Assembly: GCA_017559445.1 (NCBI GenBank)
Contig: JAFYSJ010000002.1
Location: forward strand, 36,087 to 100,086
Origin: Clostridia bacterium
Lineage (GTDB): Bacteria; Bacillota; Clostridia; RGIG7378
Direction: 5' to 3'
Length of the DNA stretch: 64,000 bases
The notes below the pieces were generated by a model, which ran no database searches, was not told the origin of the DNA, and was given only the letters and a program-made list of their open reading frames with translations. A program made the position numbers and the translations under genes. Position 1 is the first letter of the stretch, and every line of letters begins with the position of its first letter. Of this stretch, positions 18,373 to 28,336 are shown piece by piece.

Positions 18373-19219
18373 TCTCACTATCTAAATAAATCTGATAAGC
18401 ATCTCTTGCCGGGATTCCCAATGCCTTTGCTGCTTCCTTGGATGCATCCTTAAGTCTCATGCCAGCGTCGATTCTTTCCTGAATAGCTGCCACAATACCC
18501 TCGTTGGTGAGCTCCGCAGTTTCTTCCACTTCCTCGCCACCTGCCACGACAATTACGAACTCACCCTTTGGTGGAACTTCCTCGTACATTGCCAAGGCCT
18601 CGCCAATGGTCACGCGAACAATCTCCTCGTGGAGCTTAGTGAGCTCTCTACAAAGCGCAATCTTGCGCTCCGCTCCCCATGTTTCCTGCATGTCCTCCAA
18701 AGTGTTAACCAACTTGTGTGGTGCCTCGTAGAAAATCATGGTACGTGTCTCATTTGCCAACTGAGCCATGCGAGCACGCCTATTCTTTTTGTTAAGGGGC
18801 AAAAATCCCTCAAAAGTAAATCTATTTGTGTCCATTCCAGACAAAACAAGGGCCTGAATGCATGCAGCAGGACCTGGTGCCATGGTTACCACATAACCTG
18901 CCTCAGTAGCTGCCTGAATAAGAACCTGACCTGGGTCGCTGATTCCTGGTGTACCTGCATCGGAAACAAGTGCTATGTTTTGTCCCTGCTCCAAAAGAGA
19001 AAGCATATAGTCAACGCGAGCCTCCTCGTTATGTCTGTAGTAGCTAATGAGGTTATTCTTAATACCCAAGTGGTTAAGTAGCTGCAATGTTCTACGTGTG
19101 TCTTCGGCTGCAATTACATCTGCCTCTGCCAAAGTTTCCACAGCTCTAGGGGTGATGTCGCCCAAATTGCCAATGGGGGTGGCAACAACTGTTAATACGC
19201 CCAATGTATTGTTATCCAT
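18368..19219 (-). CDS. rsmI: 16S rRNA (cytidine1402-2'-O)-methyltransferase RsmI (YabC)
   Basis: N-terminal tetrapyrrole-methylase-like motif LTVVATPIGNLGDITPRAVETL. 283 aa. Confidence 0.9.
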   Translation of the reverse strand: MDNNTLGVLTVVATPIGNLGDITPRAVETLAEADVIAAEDTRRTLQLLNHLGIKNNLISYYRHNEEARVDYMLSLLEQGQNIALVSDAGTPGISDPGQVLIQAATEAGYVVTMAPGPAACIQALVLSGMDTNRFTFEGFLPLNKKNRRARMAQLANETRTMIFYEAPHKLVNTLEDMQETWGAERKIALCRELTKLHEEIVRVTIGEALAMYEEVPPKGEFVIVVAGGEEVEETAELTNEGIVAAIQERIDAGMRLKDASKEAAKALGIPARDAYQIYLDSEK

Positions 19220-19976
19220 TTGTCTCTCCCTCTCCCTTGTTGTAAATATCTAATAGTTCAGCTGTATATGTACCATCTGCATTATACACCACAAGCTCTG
19301 GATGTATTGCCAAACTGCCTGGCCTTCCGCCGCACACTGCTTTGATCAGCATGACGTTGGGAGCTTTGCCCTTATGGGAAACCACAAATCTAATGGCCTT
19401 TGGTTCCAACTTGTTTTTGCGCAAAAGATACATTAAATCTGTCAATCTGTCTGGCCTATAAACCATGTACAAGGCGCCACCCTGCTTAAGCAACATGGCT
19501 GCTGTCCTTACGAAATCCTCAAGTCCCCCTGCAACTTCATGTCGAGCCATGTCCACAGATGGATTAGCATTGGGTAGACCTGCCTGAGCCTTCATGTAAG
19601 GTGGATTGGCAGTCACTATATCCTGAGTTTGATTCATTTCCTTAAGGTCCCTAAGATCTTTACAAAGAATGGTTACCCTTTCCTGCAAACCATTAAGCTC
19701 CACACTTCGACTTGCCATGTCAGCCATCTGTGGTTGGATTTCCACAGCTGTAATATGCTGGCACTGTGTCTTGCCTGCTAGCAAAATTGGAATAATGCCA
19801 GTACCAGTTCCTAAGTCACAAATATGTTTGTTGGCATAACCCTGTCTCTCGCCACCGACCGCTCCAGCTCTAGCTGCAAAATCGGACAACAAAACAGCAT
19901 CCATGCCAAATTTGAAACCTTGGTCTGACTGGATTATCTTTAGTCCCTTAAGTTGTAAATCGTCAATATATTCCAT
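19212..19976 (-). CDS. Class I SAM-dependent methyltransferase, YabB/TrmN6-like (tRNA m6A37 methyltransferase family)
   Basis: SAM-binding motif DLGTGTGIIPILLA and an NPPY motif (TANPPYMKA). Start set at MEYIDD (cat at 19974-19976). Confidence 0.7.
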   Translation of the reverse strand: MEYIDDLQLKGLKIIQSDQGFKFGMDAVLLSDFAARAGAVGGERQGYANKHICDLGTGTGIIPILLAGKTQCQHITAVEIQPQMADMASRSVELNGLQERVTILCKDLRDLKEMNQTQDIVTANPPYMKAQAGLPNANPSVDMARHEVAGGLEDFVRTAAMLLKQGGALYMVYRPDRLTDLMYLLRKNKLEPKAIRFVVSHKGKAPNVMLIKAVCGGRPGSLAIHPELVVYNADGTYTAELLDIYNKGEGETNG

Positions 19977-19981
19977 ACTAA

Positions 19982-20010
19982 TAAAAAAAGACCGGGTTAT
20001 TAGCCCGGTC
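19982..20010 (-). terminator. Rho-independent terminator after the ferredoxin gene, directly abutting the methyltransferase start
   Basis: Hairpin gaccgggctaataacccggtc plus TTTTTTT on the minus strand. Confidence 0.6.
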
Positions 20011-20025
20011 AAAACTGGTTAAAAA

Positions 20026-20196
20026 TTATGCCTCAACAGGTGCTCCAACAGGGCATGTCTCTGCGCAGTTGCCGCAATCGATGCATGTATCTGCGTCGAT
20101 AACGTACTGACCATCACCCTCTGTGATAGCGCTTACTGGACAATCTGCTGCGCATGCGCCGCAAGAGATGCAAGCATCAGTAATCTTATATGCCAT
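20026..20196 (-). CDS. 2[4Fe-4S] clostridial-type ferredoxin (56 aa). It is absent from the ORF track because it falls below 60 aa.
   Basis: Manual translation gives MAYKITDACISCGACAADCPVSAITEGDGQYVIDADTCIDCGNCAETCPVGAPVEA, with two CxxCxxCxxxCP motifs. RBS ggaggt. Confidence 0.8.
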   Translation of the reverse strand: MAYKITDACISCGACAADCPVSAITEGDGQYVIDADTCIDCGNCAETCPVGAPVEA

Positions 20197-20400
20197 AATC
20201 ATGTACCTCCAAATATTCTATGTGGTCTATAAATAATACTCCAAAAAAATGACTTTGTCCATAAGTGGACATAGTTTCGCAAATCGAAACTGGTGTTTAA
20301 TATTGAATAAAAGTCTTTGTGTTACTATGCAAAAGACCCTTGGAACACAGCGACCAGCACTAATCACTCAACACTAAACACTAGATGCAAAGTGAAGAGT

Positions 20401-20495
20401 GATCCGCTACGCTAGTAGGCCGCAAGCAAAGCTTGCTAGTAACCGCAACTGCGTTGCTAGTGAAACGAACGCGTTGCGTTCTAGTGAAATGACCA
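20401..20495. repeat. CTAGTGAGCCGC-type mini-hairpin repeat array (locus D)
   Basis: gctagtaggccgcaagcaaagcttgctagtaaccgcaactgcgttgctagtgaaacgaacgcgttgcgttctagtgaaatgacc. Confidence 0.65.
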
Positions 20496-20509
20496 CTGCA
20501 ACATAGGTA

Positions 20510-20625
20510 CCAGCACTAAACACTGCAAAGCAAAGCTTTGCGAACCGTGCCTCCCGCGCTTCGGAAGTAGCGGGCGACCTTTGATTACTTTGGGTCGTTC
20601 CAAAGTAATGGACATACACCAAACA
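20510..20625. repeat. Structured element of about 115 bp, copy 2, inverted relative to the copy at 5690-5810
   Basis: gcaaagcaaagctttgcgaaccgtgcctcccgcgcttcggaagtagcgggcgacctttgattactttgggtcgttccaaagtaatggacatacacc matches the reverse complement of 5690-5810. Confidence 0.6.
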
Positions 20626-20654
20626 CTAAATAAGAAGCTCGCTCCGCGTTCAAT

Positions 20655-21467
20655 TTACTTCTTAATAACCTTAACCTCGTCTGCCTTGAACACAATCTGG
20701 TCGCTCTCAGACTTTCCGTCAATGCGCACCTTAACTTGTTCTCTCAAAAGATTTACCTCAGTAACAACGCCTCTGCCACAGTCTGTCTCAACCATAGAAC
20801 CTGCCTTAGGCACTCTAGCAAGCAAATCCTCATATGCCTCAGACTCGTACTTGAGACAGCACATAAGTCTGCCACATGTACCGGAGATCTTAGTAGGGTT
20901 CAAAGAAAGATCCTGTTCCTTGGCCATCTTAATGGATACGGGATGGAAGTCGTCCATGTAAGAATGGCAGCATACTGGTCTACCACAGATTCCAAGTCCA
21001 CCCATCATCTTAGCCTCATCTCTAACGCCTACCTGACGAAGCTCGATTCTTGTCTTAAAGATTGTTGCCAAATCCTTAACCAAATCTCTAAAATCTACTC
21101 TGCCCTCTGCAGTGAAATAGAAGAGAATCTTGCTGCTATCCAATGTATATCCAACGTCAATGAGTTTCATCTCAATGCCGCGAGAAATAATCTTTTCCTT
21201 ACAAATTCTGAAAGCTTCCTTTTCCTTAATACGGTTAGCCTCGTAGTTATCCAAGTCCTCCTGAGTTGCCACACGGAGTACTGTCTTAAGGGGCTGTGTG
21301 ATACGGCTATCGTCCATCTCTGTGGGGCCGAACGTAATCTTGCCACACTCAAGACCTCTGGAAGTTTCTACCACGCAGGAATCGTTAACCTTGAGAGTCA
21401 ACTCACCTGGATCAAAGTAATATGCCTTGCCTGAATTTCTAAATCTAACTCCAACTACTGTTGTCAA
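20655..21467 (-). CDS. ricT: PSP1-domain protein RicT (YaaT, stage 0 sporulation/RNA maturation complex)
   Basis: Conserved Cys cluster GICGRPVCCHSYM...CGRLMCCLKYE. 270 aa. Confidence 0.8.
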   Translation of the reverse strand: MTTVVGVRFRNSGKAYYFDPGELTLKVNDSCVVETSRGLECGKITFGPTEMDDSRITQPLKTVLRVATQEDLDNYEANRIKEKEAFRICKEKIISRGIEMKLIDVGYTLDSSKILFYFTAEGRVDFRDLVKDLATIFKTRIELRQVGVRDEAKMMGGLGICGRPVCCHSYMDDFHPVSIKMAKEQDLSLNPTKISGTCGRLMCCLKYESEAYEDLLARVPKAGSMVETDCGRGVVTEVNLLREQVKVRIDGKSESDQIVFKADEVKVIKK

Positions 21468-21517
21468 TGTTAATTACCTCTTTAATTTAATCTGTAAATT
21501 ATATCCTATGCTGCGAC

Positions 21518-22282
21518 TTAGTGCAAAACTCGTGAAATACAGCCCTTTCGTGCCAATTCCTCCACTGCAAAATCAGGCGTGTTTGCCATTGCCTGATCTG
21601 CCACTTCCTGTCCGTACTTGCCAACCAAAGCTCTGCTAATCAGCAAGTCTGTAAGTCTATAATTCTTTGGAAGCAAACTGCCGTGCAAATATGAGCAAAA
21701 AATGTTGCCCACAACTGCGCCTTCGGTACCATCTGTTCCATTATTTCCCTGTCCTACCAAAACCTTTGCAAGGGGTTCCACACCCTCCCCCAAATAAGTT
21801 CTGCCGCTGTGACTTTCAAAGCCAACCACATATGTGTCCTGATCCTCTACGCCACCTACTAAATTGCACTCTGCAACTACGTCACCTTGGATTTTGTTCT
21901 TTGAAGCTTCTGTCCAAAAGTCCACCGCTCCAAGGCCTTGTATCTTTTCGCCCTGGGAGTTTACATAGTACTTTCCCATGATTTGCATGCCGCTTGAAAT
22001 GCAAAGCCAAACCTTTCCCTGGGCCAAAGAAGCCTTTATGGAATCTGCCTTATCGATCATATCCTGGCAAACTGTTGCCCGTTCGCGCTCCTGACCGCCG
22101 CCAATACATACAATGTCGTACTGATCCGGGTCAAAGGCATCTCCCAAAGATACTGGAACTACCTCTGCTTCAATGTTTCTCCACTGGCATCTCTTAAGCA
22201 GTGCTGTGACGTTGCCCTTATCTCCATATGTGTTCAGGAGGTCGGGGTACAGGTGACAAATTCTAATGCTAAGTCCATCCAT
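21518..22282 (-). CDS. gatD: Lipid II isoglutaminyl synthase glutaminase subunit GatD (CobB/CobQ-like GATase)
   Basis: N-terminus ICHLYPDLLNTYGDKGN. Sits directly downstream of murT and overlaps its stop. Confidence 0.75.
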   Translation of the reverse strand: MDGLSIRICHLYPDLLNTYGDKGNVTALLKRCQWRNIEAEVVPVSLGDAFDPDQYDIVCIGGGQERERATVCQDMIDKADSIKASLAQGKVWLCISSGMQIMGKYYVNSQGEKIQGLGAVDFWTEASKNKIQGDVVAECNLVGGVEDQDTYVVGFESHSGRTYLGEGVEPLAKVLVGQGNNGTDGTEGAVVGNIFCSYLHGSLLPKNYRLTDLLISRALVGKYGQEVADQAMANTPDFAVEELARKGCISRVLH

Positions 22283-22283
22283 A

Positions 22284-23663
22284 CTAATTCCAGAACTCCT
22301 TCATCTTGATTTTATCTTGCAAGAAGCTGCGCACCTCAAACATGGCTGTATAGGAAGGCAATACGAGCAATGTCTCGCCATCCTCCATTTGCTCAAGGAT
22401 CTGGTTCATGACCTCTGCAACGGACTTTGGTGTCTCCTGATACTCCACCTCAAGGCCTGCGTACTTTAATCGAACTGCCACGTCTGCTCCACGCATTCCA
22501 CAAGTGTACATGCCCTTTAGGTCATCTCCCAACTTCTCCAAATTCTCGAAGTTTACGTCCCAAAGCCATGAAATGTCCACTCCGTCTGCAATGTTGTCGT
22601 TTAAGGCAAAGCAAATGCGAAGGGGCTGCTTAACTTCCAACAAATAGTTAATTACCTGATTGTATCCCATGGGGTTCTTAACCAAAACTGTACGAACAGC
22701 CTTATTTCCAATGCGAACTGTCTCCATTCTGCCAAAACCAGGATTGCTGCTCTCCAAGGATGCTGACACCTGATCCCTGTCAAAGCCAAGTGCCTCACCA
22801 AAACCGATGGCGCCCATGGCGTTGTAAACGTTATAAAGGCCAGAAACCTTGATTGTGCAGTTATGTCTTGACTCTCCAATTGCATACGCAAACTCTGCGG
22901 AGTCAATGCTAAGCTTGTAGGAATCCATTTCCACCTGTAGTTCAGGTCTTGCATATCCACAAGCAGGACAATGGAACTTGCCCAAATGGCCGTAGGATGT
23001 GAATGCATACTCGAGCTTGGACTGGCATTTGATGCAATATCCTGCCTCCACCTCGCTGTTGCCACCATCCTTCACCTTAGCAGTGGAGTTGTCCATGCCG
23101 TAGTAAATAGCCTTGTTTGGCAAATCCGCTCCGATAGAAGCGCAGAGCTGGTCATCTCCGTTTAATACAAAGATTGCTTCCTTTGCCTTAGATGCACCTG
23201 TCTTAACAAGCTCCAAGGTATGTGTAACCTCGCCGTATCTATCTAGCTGGTCCTTAAAGAAATTGGTAACAACCAAAACCTTGGGGTTAAGTTTGTCTGC
23301 CACCTTTGCAAAAGCTGCCTCATCGCACTCAATTACTGCATGTGTGGGACCCTTTGGCTTGCCCATGACTGTAACGCCCTCAGCAAAGCATGCCACGATG
23401 CCTCTCTCCAAATTAGAGCCAGATCTGTTACTAATATATGGGATGCCCTGTCCGTCCAAAACGGCAGACATGAGCAAAGCTGTTGTTGTCTTACCATTTG
23501 TGCCTGAAACCACATATACATCGAAATCCTTGGCTAAACTGGTCAAAATGTCTGGACACACCTTCAGTGCCAACTTGCCGGGCAAAGCAGTGCCACCCCT
23601 GTGCAAAGTTCTCAGAACCCAGGTGGTAAATTTACATATCCATAGCGCTAATAAGTATCTCAT
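22284..23663 (-). CDS. murT: Lipid II isoglutaminyl synthase MurT (Mur ligase middle domain plus DUF1727)
   Basis: N-terminus MRYLLALWICKF...GGTALPGKLALKVCPD, P-loop SGTNGKTTT and Cys motif CIKCQ...CPACG. Start set at MRYLL. Confidence 0.75.
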   Translation of the reverse strand: MRYLLALWICKFTTWVLRTLHRGGTALPGKLALKVCPDILTSLAKDFDVYVVSGTNGKTTTALLMSAVLDGQGIPYISNRSGSNLERGIVACFAEGVTVMGKPKGPTHAVIECDEAAFAKVADKLNPKVLVVTNFFKDQLDRYGEVTHTLELVKTGASKAKEAIFVLNGDDQLCASIGADLPNKAIYYGMDNSTAKVKDGGNSEVEAGYCIKCQSKLEYAFTSYGHLGKFHCPACGYARPELQVEMDSYKLSIDSAEFAYAIGESRHNCTIKVSGLYNVYNAMGAIGFGEALGFDRDQVSASLESSNPGFGRMETVRIGNKAVRTVLVKNPMGYNQVINYLLEVKQPLRICFALNDNIADGVDISWLWDVNFENLEKLGDDLKGMYTCGMRGADVAVRLKYAGLEVEYQETPKSVAEVMNQILEQMEDGETLLVLPSYTAMFEVRSFLQDKIKMKEFWN

Positions 23664-23758
23664 GTGGTCTCCACTTCTGTGCAATTACACATATCTTAAC
23701 TGGAATATTATATACTTCCTACAGCATAAAGTAAACGAAGTAACGTGGGAGACACCCC

Positions 23759-25342
23759 TTGTCCTATCGCAAAATAAGCCTAAACACAAATTCTGTTGCA
23801 TATGGGGCCAGCATCCTCATGGGGTCCTCCATTGTGCTCAATTTGCTTGGGGTTATTTACCGCCTCATCCTAGCACGAGACCTTGGTTCTCAAGGCTTAG
23901 CACTTTACCAACTGACAATCTCCATTTACACCATTTTGTCCGGCATTGCTATTTCTGGATTTACAAGCAGTGTTTCCCAAGGTGCCTGCATTTTAAAAGG
24001 GTCTGGCCATAGCAAGGACATTCCATCCCTACTGCGTCACTGTGTCTTCTATTTCTTCGCCATTTACTCCATATTGTTGGTTGTGGTCTTGCCTCTTAGT
24101 CCATTCTTGGCCGAAACTTTTCTGGGAGGTAAAAGTCGCGCCACCTTAATTGCCCTGCTTTTTCCTTATATGCTTTTGACAGGAGTGGAAAACATCCACA
24201 AATCCCTGTTTCTAGGATTGGGTAAAAGTCTCCTTCCCAGTATTTCAGAAATTGTTGAACAAACAATCCGTATCCTTTTGTTCCCACAAATAATTTGGGT
24301 TGCCCATGCCTACTCACCAGACGCCAAGGCTACATGCCTTTTGGTTACCATGTTTTTAGGTGAAATCTTTGCCTCATCTTTTATGCTCTTGTCTTTCGCC
24401 CGGCACAAAGGAGAAATAACCACCGAAAAAGCTTTAGCCACTGCACCATGCGCAACCATTCCTAAGCTCATTCTCTCTATTGGCATACCAACTGCCACTG
24501 CTGGACTTGGAATTCGCATAATCTCCTCTGCCTGTAGCATCTTTATGCCCCAATGTCTCATGTGGTCAGGCCTTAGTCAACAGGAGGCTAACCATATATT
24601 TGGAACTTTTACTGGCATGACCATGCCCCTGATGACCATGTGCACTACGGTAACCTTGCCCCTCTTTACTGCTGTTATGCCTAAGATTAGTCAAGCAATG
24701 GCCGCTGGAAACATGGCCGTTTGCAGGCGAAAGTGCGGCAAATTTTTGCACATCAGTAGCATTGTTGTTTTGCCCTGCATGGCCATTCTCCTAATCTGCC
24801 CCAAGGAAATCTCTACCCTTTTGTATGGAGTCCCCTACCCAGGTGCCTTATGCCCCATGTTTGTCCCATGCATAACCCTATCACTTTTTGCCGGAGCTAC
24901 TACTTTTATGCTTTCTTCCATGGGATTCAATGGTATTTCTGGCGTTTTAGCAATTTCCAGTGGCATATTGCAACTTCTTAACCTGTGGTTGGGACCTGTA
25001 TTTCTTGGAAAAGGGCTTTTAGGTTATGCAATTTTAGAAACTCTTAACGACCTTACCATCCTTTCCATAGGGCTAAGACTCGTGTGCAAAAAAAGTGGTC
25101 TCAAAATCATGTGGCATAACTGGTTTATTAAGCCTATTCTAGCCCTACTGCCTGCTTTGCTTATGGCATATGGAGCATACTACTATTTGCGTAGCTACTC
25201 CCTATGGCTACAGGTCATAGCTACTTGCATTTTGCTATTTGGAACATATTTCTTTCTACTTATTTGCGTATGGAAAGTAAACATACGCCAATACCTTTTC
25301 TCGTTGCTGGACAAAAAAACACCCGAGGTTTCTCGGGTGTAG
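23759..25342 (+). CDS. MOP-superfamily flippase (SpoVB/MurJ-like polysaccharide or lipid II flippase)
   Basis: 527-aa protein with 14 predicted TM segments. The N-terminal helix LMGSSIVLNLLGVIYRLILARDLG is typical of this family. Probable TTG start at 23759 with RBS gggaga. Confidence 0.65.
   Translation: MSYRKISLNTNSVAYGASILMGSSIVLNLLGVIYRLILARDLGSQGLALYQLTISIYTILSGIAISGFTSSVSQGACILKGSGHSKDIPSLLRHCVFYFFAIYSILLVVVLPLSPFLAETFLGGKSRATLIALLFPYMLLTGVENIHKSLFLGLGKSLLPSISEIVEQTIRILLFPQIIWVAHAYSPDAKATCLLVTMFLGEIFASSFMLLSFARHKGEITTEKALATAPCATIPKLILSIGIPTATAGLGIRIISSACSIFMPQCLMWSGLSQQEANHIFGTFTGMTMPLMTMCTTVTLPLFTAVMPKISQAMAAGNMAVCRRKCGKFLHISSIVVLPCMAILLICPKEISTLLYGVPYPGALCPMFVPCITLSLFAGATTFMLSSMGFNGISGVLAISSGILQLLNLWLGPVFLGKGLLGYAILETLNDLTILSIGLRLVCKKSGLKIMWHNWFIKPILALLPALLMAYGAYYYLRSYSLWLQVIATCILLFGTYFFLLICVWKVNIRQYLFSLLDKKTPEVSRV
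25313..25340 (-). terminator. Terminator for the PC4-like gene, embedded in the 3' end of the flippase CDS
   Basis: Hairpin cacccgaggtttctcgggtg plus TTTTTTT on the minus strand. Confidence 0.55.
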
Positions 25343-25345
25343 GTG

Positions 25346-25672
25346 TCAGAAAGGCTGATTGTCTGGTGTTGGGAAATCTGCATCTCCCTTAGAACTACCA
25401 TTTTGACCTGTTGCCATATCTGCTGGCAGCAAGTCCATGTTAATGCCATTTAAGATATCGCGAAGATTACGCATTTCCTCCTTAGTAAGAGTAATTCCCT
25501 TGCCTGCCTTATCGCCGTTCCACTCGCGAATATCGAACTTAGCGGGGCGATCGTTCCAGCTAACAAGTCTTACGCATCTGGCCCAGCCCTGCTTATCATT
25601 AGCTGAAACCTGACCATACTCTACCAAAACATGGCTTGTAATCTTACGTTCTGTATTCATTTGTTCTGACAT
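25346..25672 (-). CDS. PC4/YdbC-like single-stranded DNA-binding protein (108 aa)
   Basis: Motif WARCVRLVSWNDRPAKFDIREWNGDKAGKGITLTKEE resembles bacterial PC4-fold (YdbC) proteins. Start set at MSEQ with RBS ggaggt. The ORF-track start is upstream. Confidence 0.55.
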   Translation of the reverse strand: MSEQMNTERKITSHVLVEYGQVSANDKQGWARCVRLVSWNDRPAKFDIREWNGDKAGKGITLTKEEMRNLRDILNGINMDLLPADMATGQNGSSKGDADFPTPDNQPF

Positions 25673-25763
25673 ATTGTATACCTCCAAAATCTGGAGATTA
25701 CCGCATGTCCTATTATATTCTTTGTCGAACGAGGTTATCAACCAACTAAACCGACAAGAATCG

Positions 25764-27146
25764 TCAATTACCGCTTTGCAAGACCGAAATTGCGTCCACA
25801 ATAGGCTGAAGACTAGTTCTATAGAACAGTAGACCTGTTGCAAAGCCGTCGTCGTAAAGGAGATATTGTGCCCCCTGGTCGTCTAGACTTCTAAACTCAA
25901 GCTGTCTAGTCGTTCCATCTTTAAAATAATATGTAATCGCAAGATAATCTGTCTCCTCTACGGTGAGCAAGAAAATCTCATCTGCCTGTATCCATACGCC
26001 ACTTGTGTAAAGGCTAATAATGTCCTCGTAAGCAACTACTTTGTCGTTAAGCTTATAGATGAACTCGTCGCCCTCCTTAGAAATATCGACTCTGTATGTC
26101 AAATCTCCAAGCTTGTACTCAAATCCTGCCAAGGTCTTAATCTCAGCATAGTAGGCAACAGATGCAACTAAGCTAAAGGTTGTAATGTCCAAGAATCCCA
26201 TGTCGTACTGGTTGATCAAGAAAACATCGTCTTCGCCTTCATAGCAAGCATACATTTTACCATTACCACCAGTCTCTCTAGCAGAAACAAGTAATACTGT
26301 GGGGCTCTTGCCGTACTCCTGAACGTAGAGCTTATAAGATGGATTATCTAGACCGTACTTGGACAAGTCCTGACAATCCTTTTCCTCGATTGTCTGGTAC
26401 TGCAAGTTAACAAGATCTACAAGAAGACTATCCTCGATTGTTGTACGCTCTCCAAGGGCTGTAACTGGTGCAATTACCGCCCAGTTCTTTTCGCCCATTA
26501 CTTCGCGGCGAATATGCCAGATAAGCTCACCATTTCTAACAAAGGCAACTTCCTGTACTCTATCTTTTCTGTTAACGAACAAATAATCGGATGCAAGATT
26601 CTCAACAGTAAAAGCTTCGATGCTTTCAAAAACAGAATTTGAAACGATGTAAACTGTCCTACCACTATCTACTGTTGCGTAGTATCCACTGTTAGTAGGT
26701 GTAGCAGATCCAATGATTAACTCAACAACACCTTCCTCTGTACCATATTTAACCTGTGCTGTTGGCTTATCAAAACCATATACAGAAATATCTGCAGATA
26801 CCTCATCAAATTTAGACATGCCAACTACTGTAAGCAATGCAGAACAATACTTGTACGCATAGTAAGGATACTCTTCAAAAGTATTTGGATGTTCCTTAAT
26901 CCACTTAAAGTCCAAGGATTCATCATCTGAATAAGAGAAAATATATGTATCATTGCTATTTACAATAGTAATCTGCTTAAGTTCGCTTTCCTTGAAGTTA
27001 ATAATTGTCAAATCATCTCCGCCCTGAGTTACTTCAGGAGTTTTATCCCCAAAAATATCAAATACCTGGAATAGCAAGAAATAAACACCAACCATTAGAA
27101 TGGCGACAAACAATGTAATTATCAAAATCAAATTAGATTTCTTCAT
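25764..27146 (-). CDS. DUF4340-like protein with an N-terminal TM anchor
   Basis: 460 aa. N-terminal hydrophobic anchor and beta-rich repeats. Resembles DUF4340 proteins that usually accompany ABC-type export systems. Confidence 0.45.
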   Translation of the reverse strand: MKKSNLILIITLFVAILMVGVYFLLFQVFDIFGDKTPEVTQGGDDLTIINFKESELKQITIVNSNDTYIFSYSDDESLDFKWIKEHPNTFEEYPYYAYKYCSALLTVVGMSKFDEVSADISVYGFDKPTAQVKYGTEEGVVELIIGSATPTNSGYYATVDSGRTVYIVSNSVFESIEAFTVENLASDYLFVNRKDRVQEVAFVRNGELIWHIRREVMGEKNWAVIAPVTALGERTTIEDSLLVDLVNLQYQTIEEKDCQDLSKYGLDNPSYKLYVQEYGKSPTVLLVSARETGGNGKMYACYEGEDDVFLINQYDMGFLDITTFSLVASVAYYAEIKTLAGFEYKLGDLTYRVDISKEGDEFIYKLNDKVVAYEDIISLYTSGVWIQADEIFLLTVEETDYLAITYYFKDGTTRQLEFRSLDDQGAQYLLYDDGFATGLLFYRTSLQPIVDAISVLQSGN

Positions 27147-27222
27147 AAACTTATCCTTTTCAAATACGTTCTTTATATTTTACCACATTCTACTCATAAG
27201 CATAAATGGAATTTTTGTAAAC

Positions 27223-27254
27223 AAAAAAGCGTCCCTGTATTTCTACAAGGACGC
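27223..27254 (-). terminator. Terminator closing the carbohydrate-uptake locus
   Basis: Hairpin gcgtccttgtagaaatacagggacgc plus TTTTTT on the minus strand. Confidence 0.55.
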
Positions 27255-27272
27255 CAATTTATGTTTTACAAA

Positions 27273-28319
27273 TTATCCTACGATACCGGATCTCTCAACA
27301 GACTCAACGAAGAATCTCTGAGTGAAGATGTAGAGTACCAACAATGGAGCAGCTACGAGGATGCTACCAATGTTGTTAATCTGAGAAGCAAGAGCGTTAG
27401 GAATGTTGCCCTGCTCCAAAGCAGACTTGAATGCTACCCAGTATGTCTGTGCCAAGGAGTTCAATACCTTAGACATAACCTTTGTATTCTCAAGGAATAC
27501 GCCAGAGTAATATGTATCTGTCCACTGCCATACGAATGCGAACAAGAAGATAGATACGAGGATAGATACTGCGGAAGGAAGCATAACCTGAACGAAAGTT
27601 CTAAGGTTACCTGCGCCGTCTACGTATGCAGCCTCTTCAAGCTCCTTAGGAAGGTTACGGAAGTTCTGTCTAATCATGTAAATGTAAAGACCGTTCTTGT
27701 AACCCTGAGCTGTAAGACCAATCAATGCGAATGGAAGTGCGCTATCCAAAAGGTTTACTCTTGTGCAGAACAAGTAGTTAACGATTCCGAAGAAGTCGAA
27801 GTTCTGCATGTGCAAGGAGTATGTCAACTGGATTGTCTGTGGAGGAACAACCAAGCAAAGGATAACCAATGCGAATACAACGTTCTTACCAGGGAACTTA
27901 AATCTTGCAAAACCATAACCAACCAATGTACATGCAATTGTCTGTGTTACAGCAGCAAGGAGAGAAGTCCAAACTGTATTAACAATGATGTTGTTCTCCA
28001 TAGTTACTACCTGATCCTTAAGAACCAAGTCCCAGATACTCTTAAAGGTCTCAAGGGAAAGGTGCTTAGGAATGTAGATAACTGTTGTGTCATAAAGGTC
28101 AGCCTGTGATCTGATTGCTACTGAGAACTTAACAAACAGAGGATACAGGATGATGAAGCAGATACCGAATACGATTACGAAAAGGCCGATACCAACTCCA
28201 ACTTTGCCAAGCTTCTTCTTAATCTTAGCCTTCTGTCTTGTCCTATATTCTTCGGGAGTAAGGACTTCGTGAGTTACAGGATCAATGTACTTGCTTTTTA
28301 CTTCTGTAGTAGTAGACAT
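27273..28319 (-). CDS. Carbohydrate ABC transporter permease (MalG/BPD_transp_1-like)
   Basis: EAA motif LEEAAYVDGAGNLRTFVQVMLP. 348 aa with 6 TM segments. Confidence 0.8.
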   Translation of the reverse strand: MSTTTEVKSKYIDPVTHEVLTPEEYRTRQKAKIKKKLGKVGVGIGLFVIVFGICFIILYPLFVKFSVAIRSQADLYDTTVIYIPKHLSLETFKSIWDLVLKDQVVTMENNIIVNTVWTSLLAAVTQTIACTLVGYGFARFKFPGKNVVFALVILCLVVPPQTIQLTYSLHMQNFDFFGIVNYLFCTRVNLLDSALPFALIGLTAQGYKNGLYIYMIRQNFRNLPKELEEAAYVDGAGNLRTFVQVMLPSAVSILVSIFLFAFVWQWTDTYYSGVFLENTKVMSKVLNSLAQTYWVAFKSALEQGNIPNALASQINNIGSILVAAPLLVLYIFTQRFFVESVERSGIVG

Positions 28320-28336
28320 AATCTCTTCTCCTTTCC

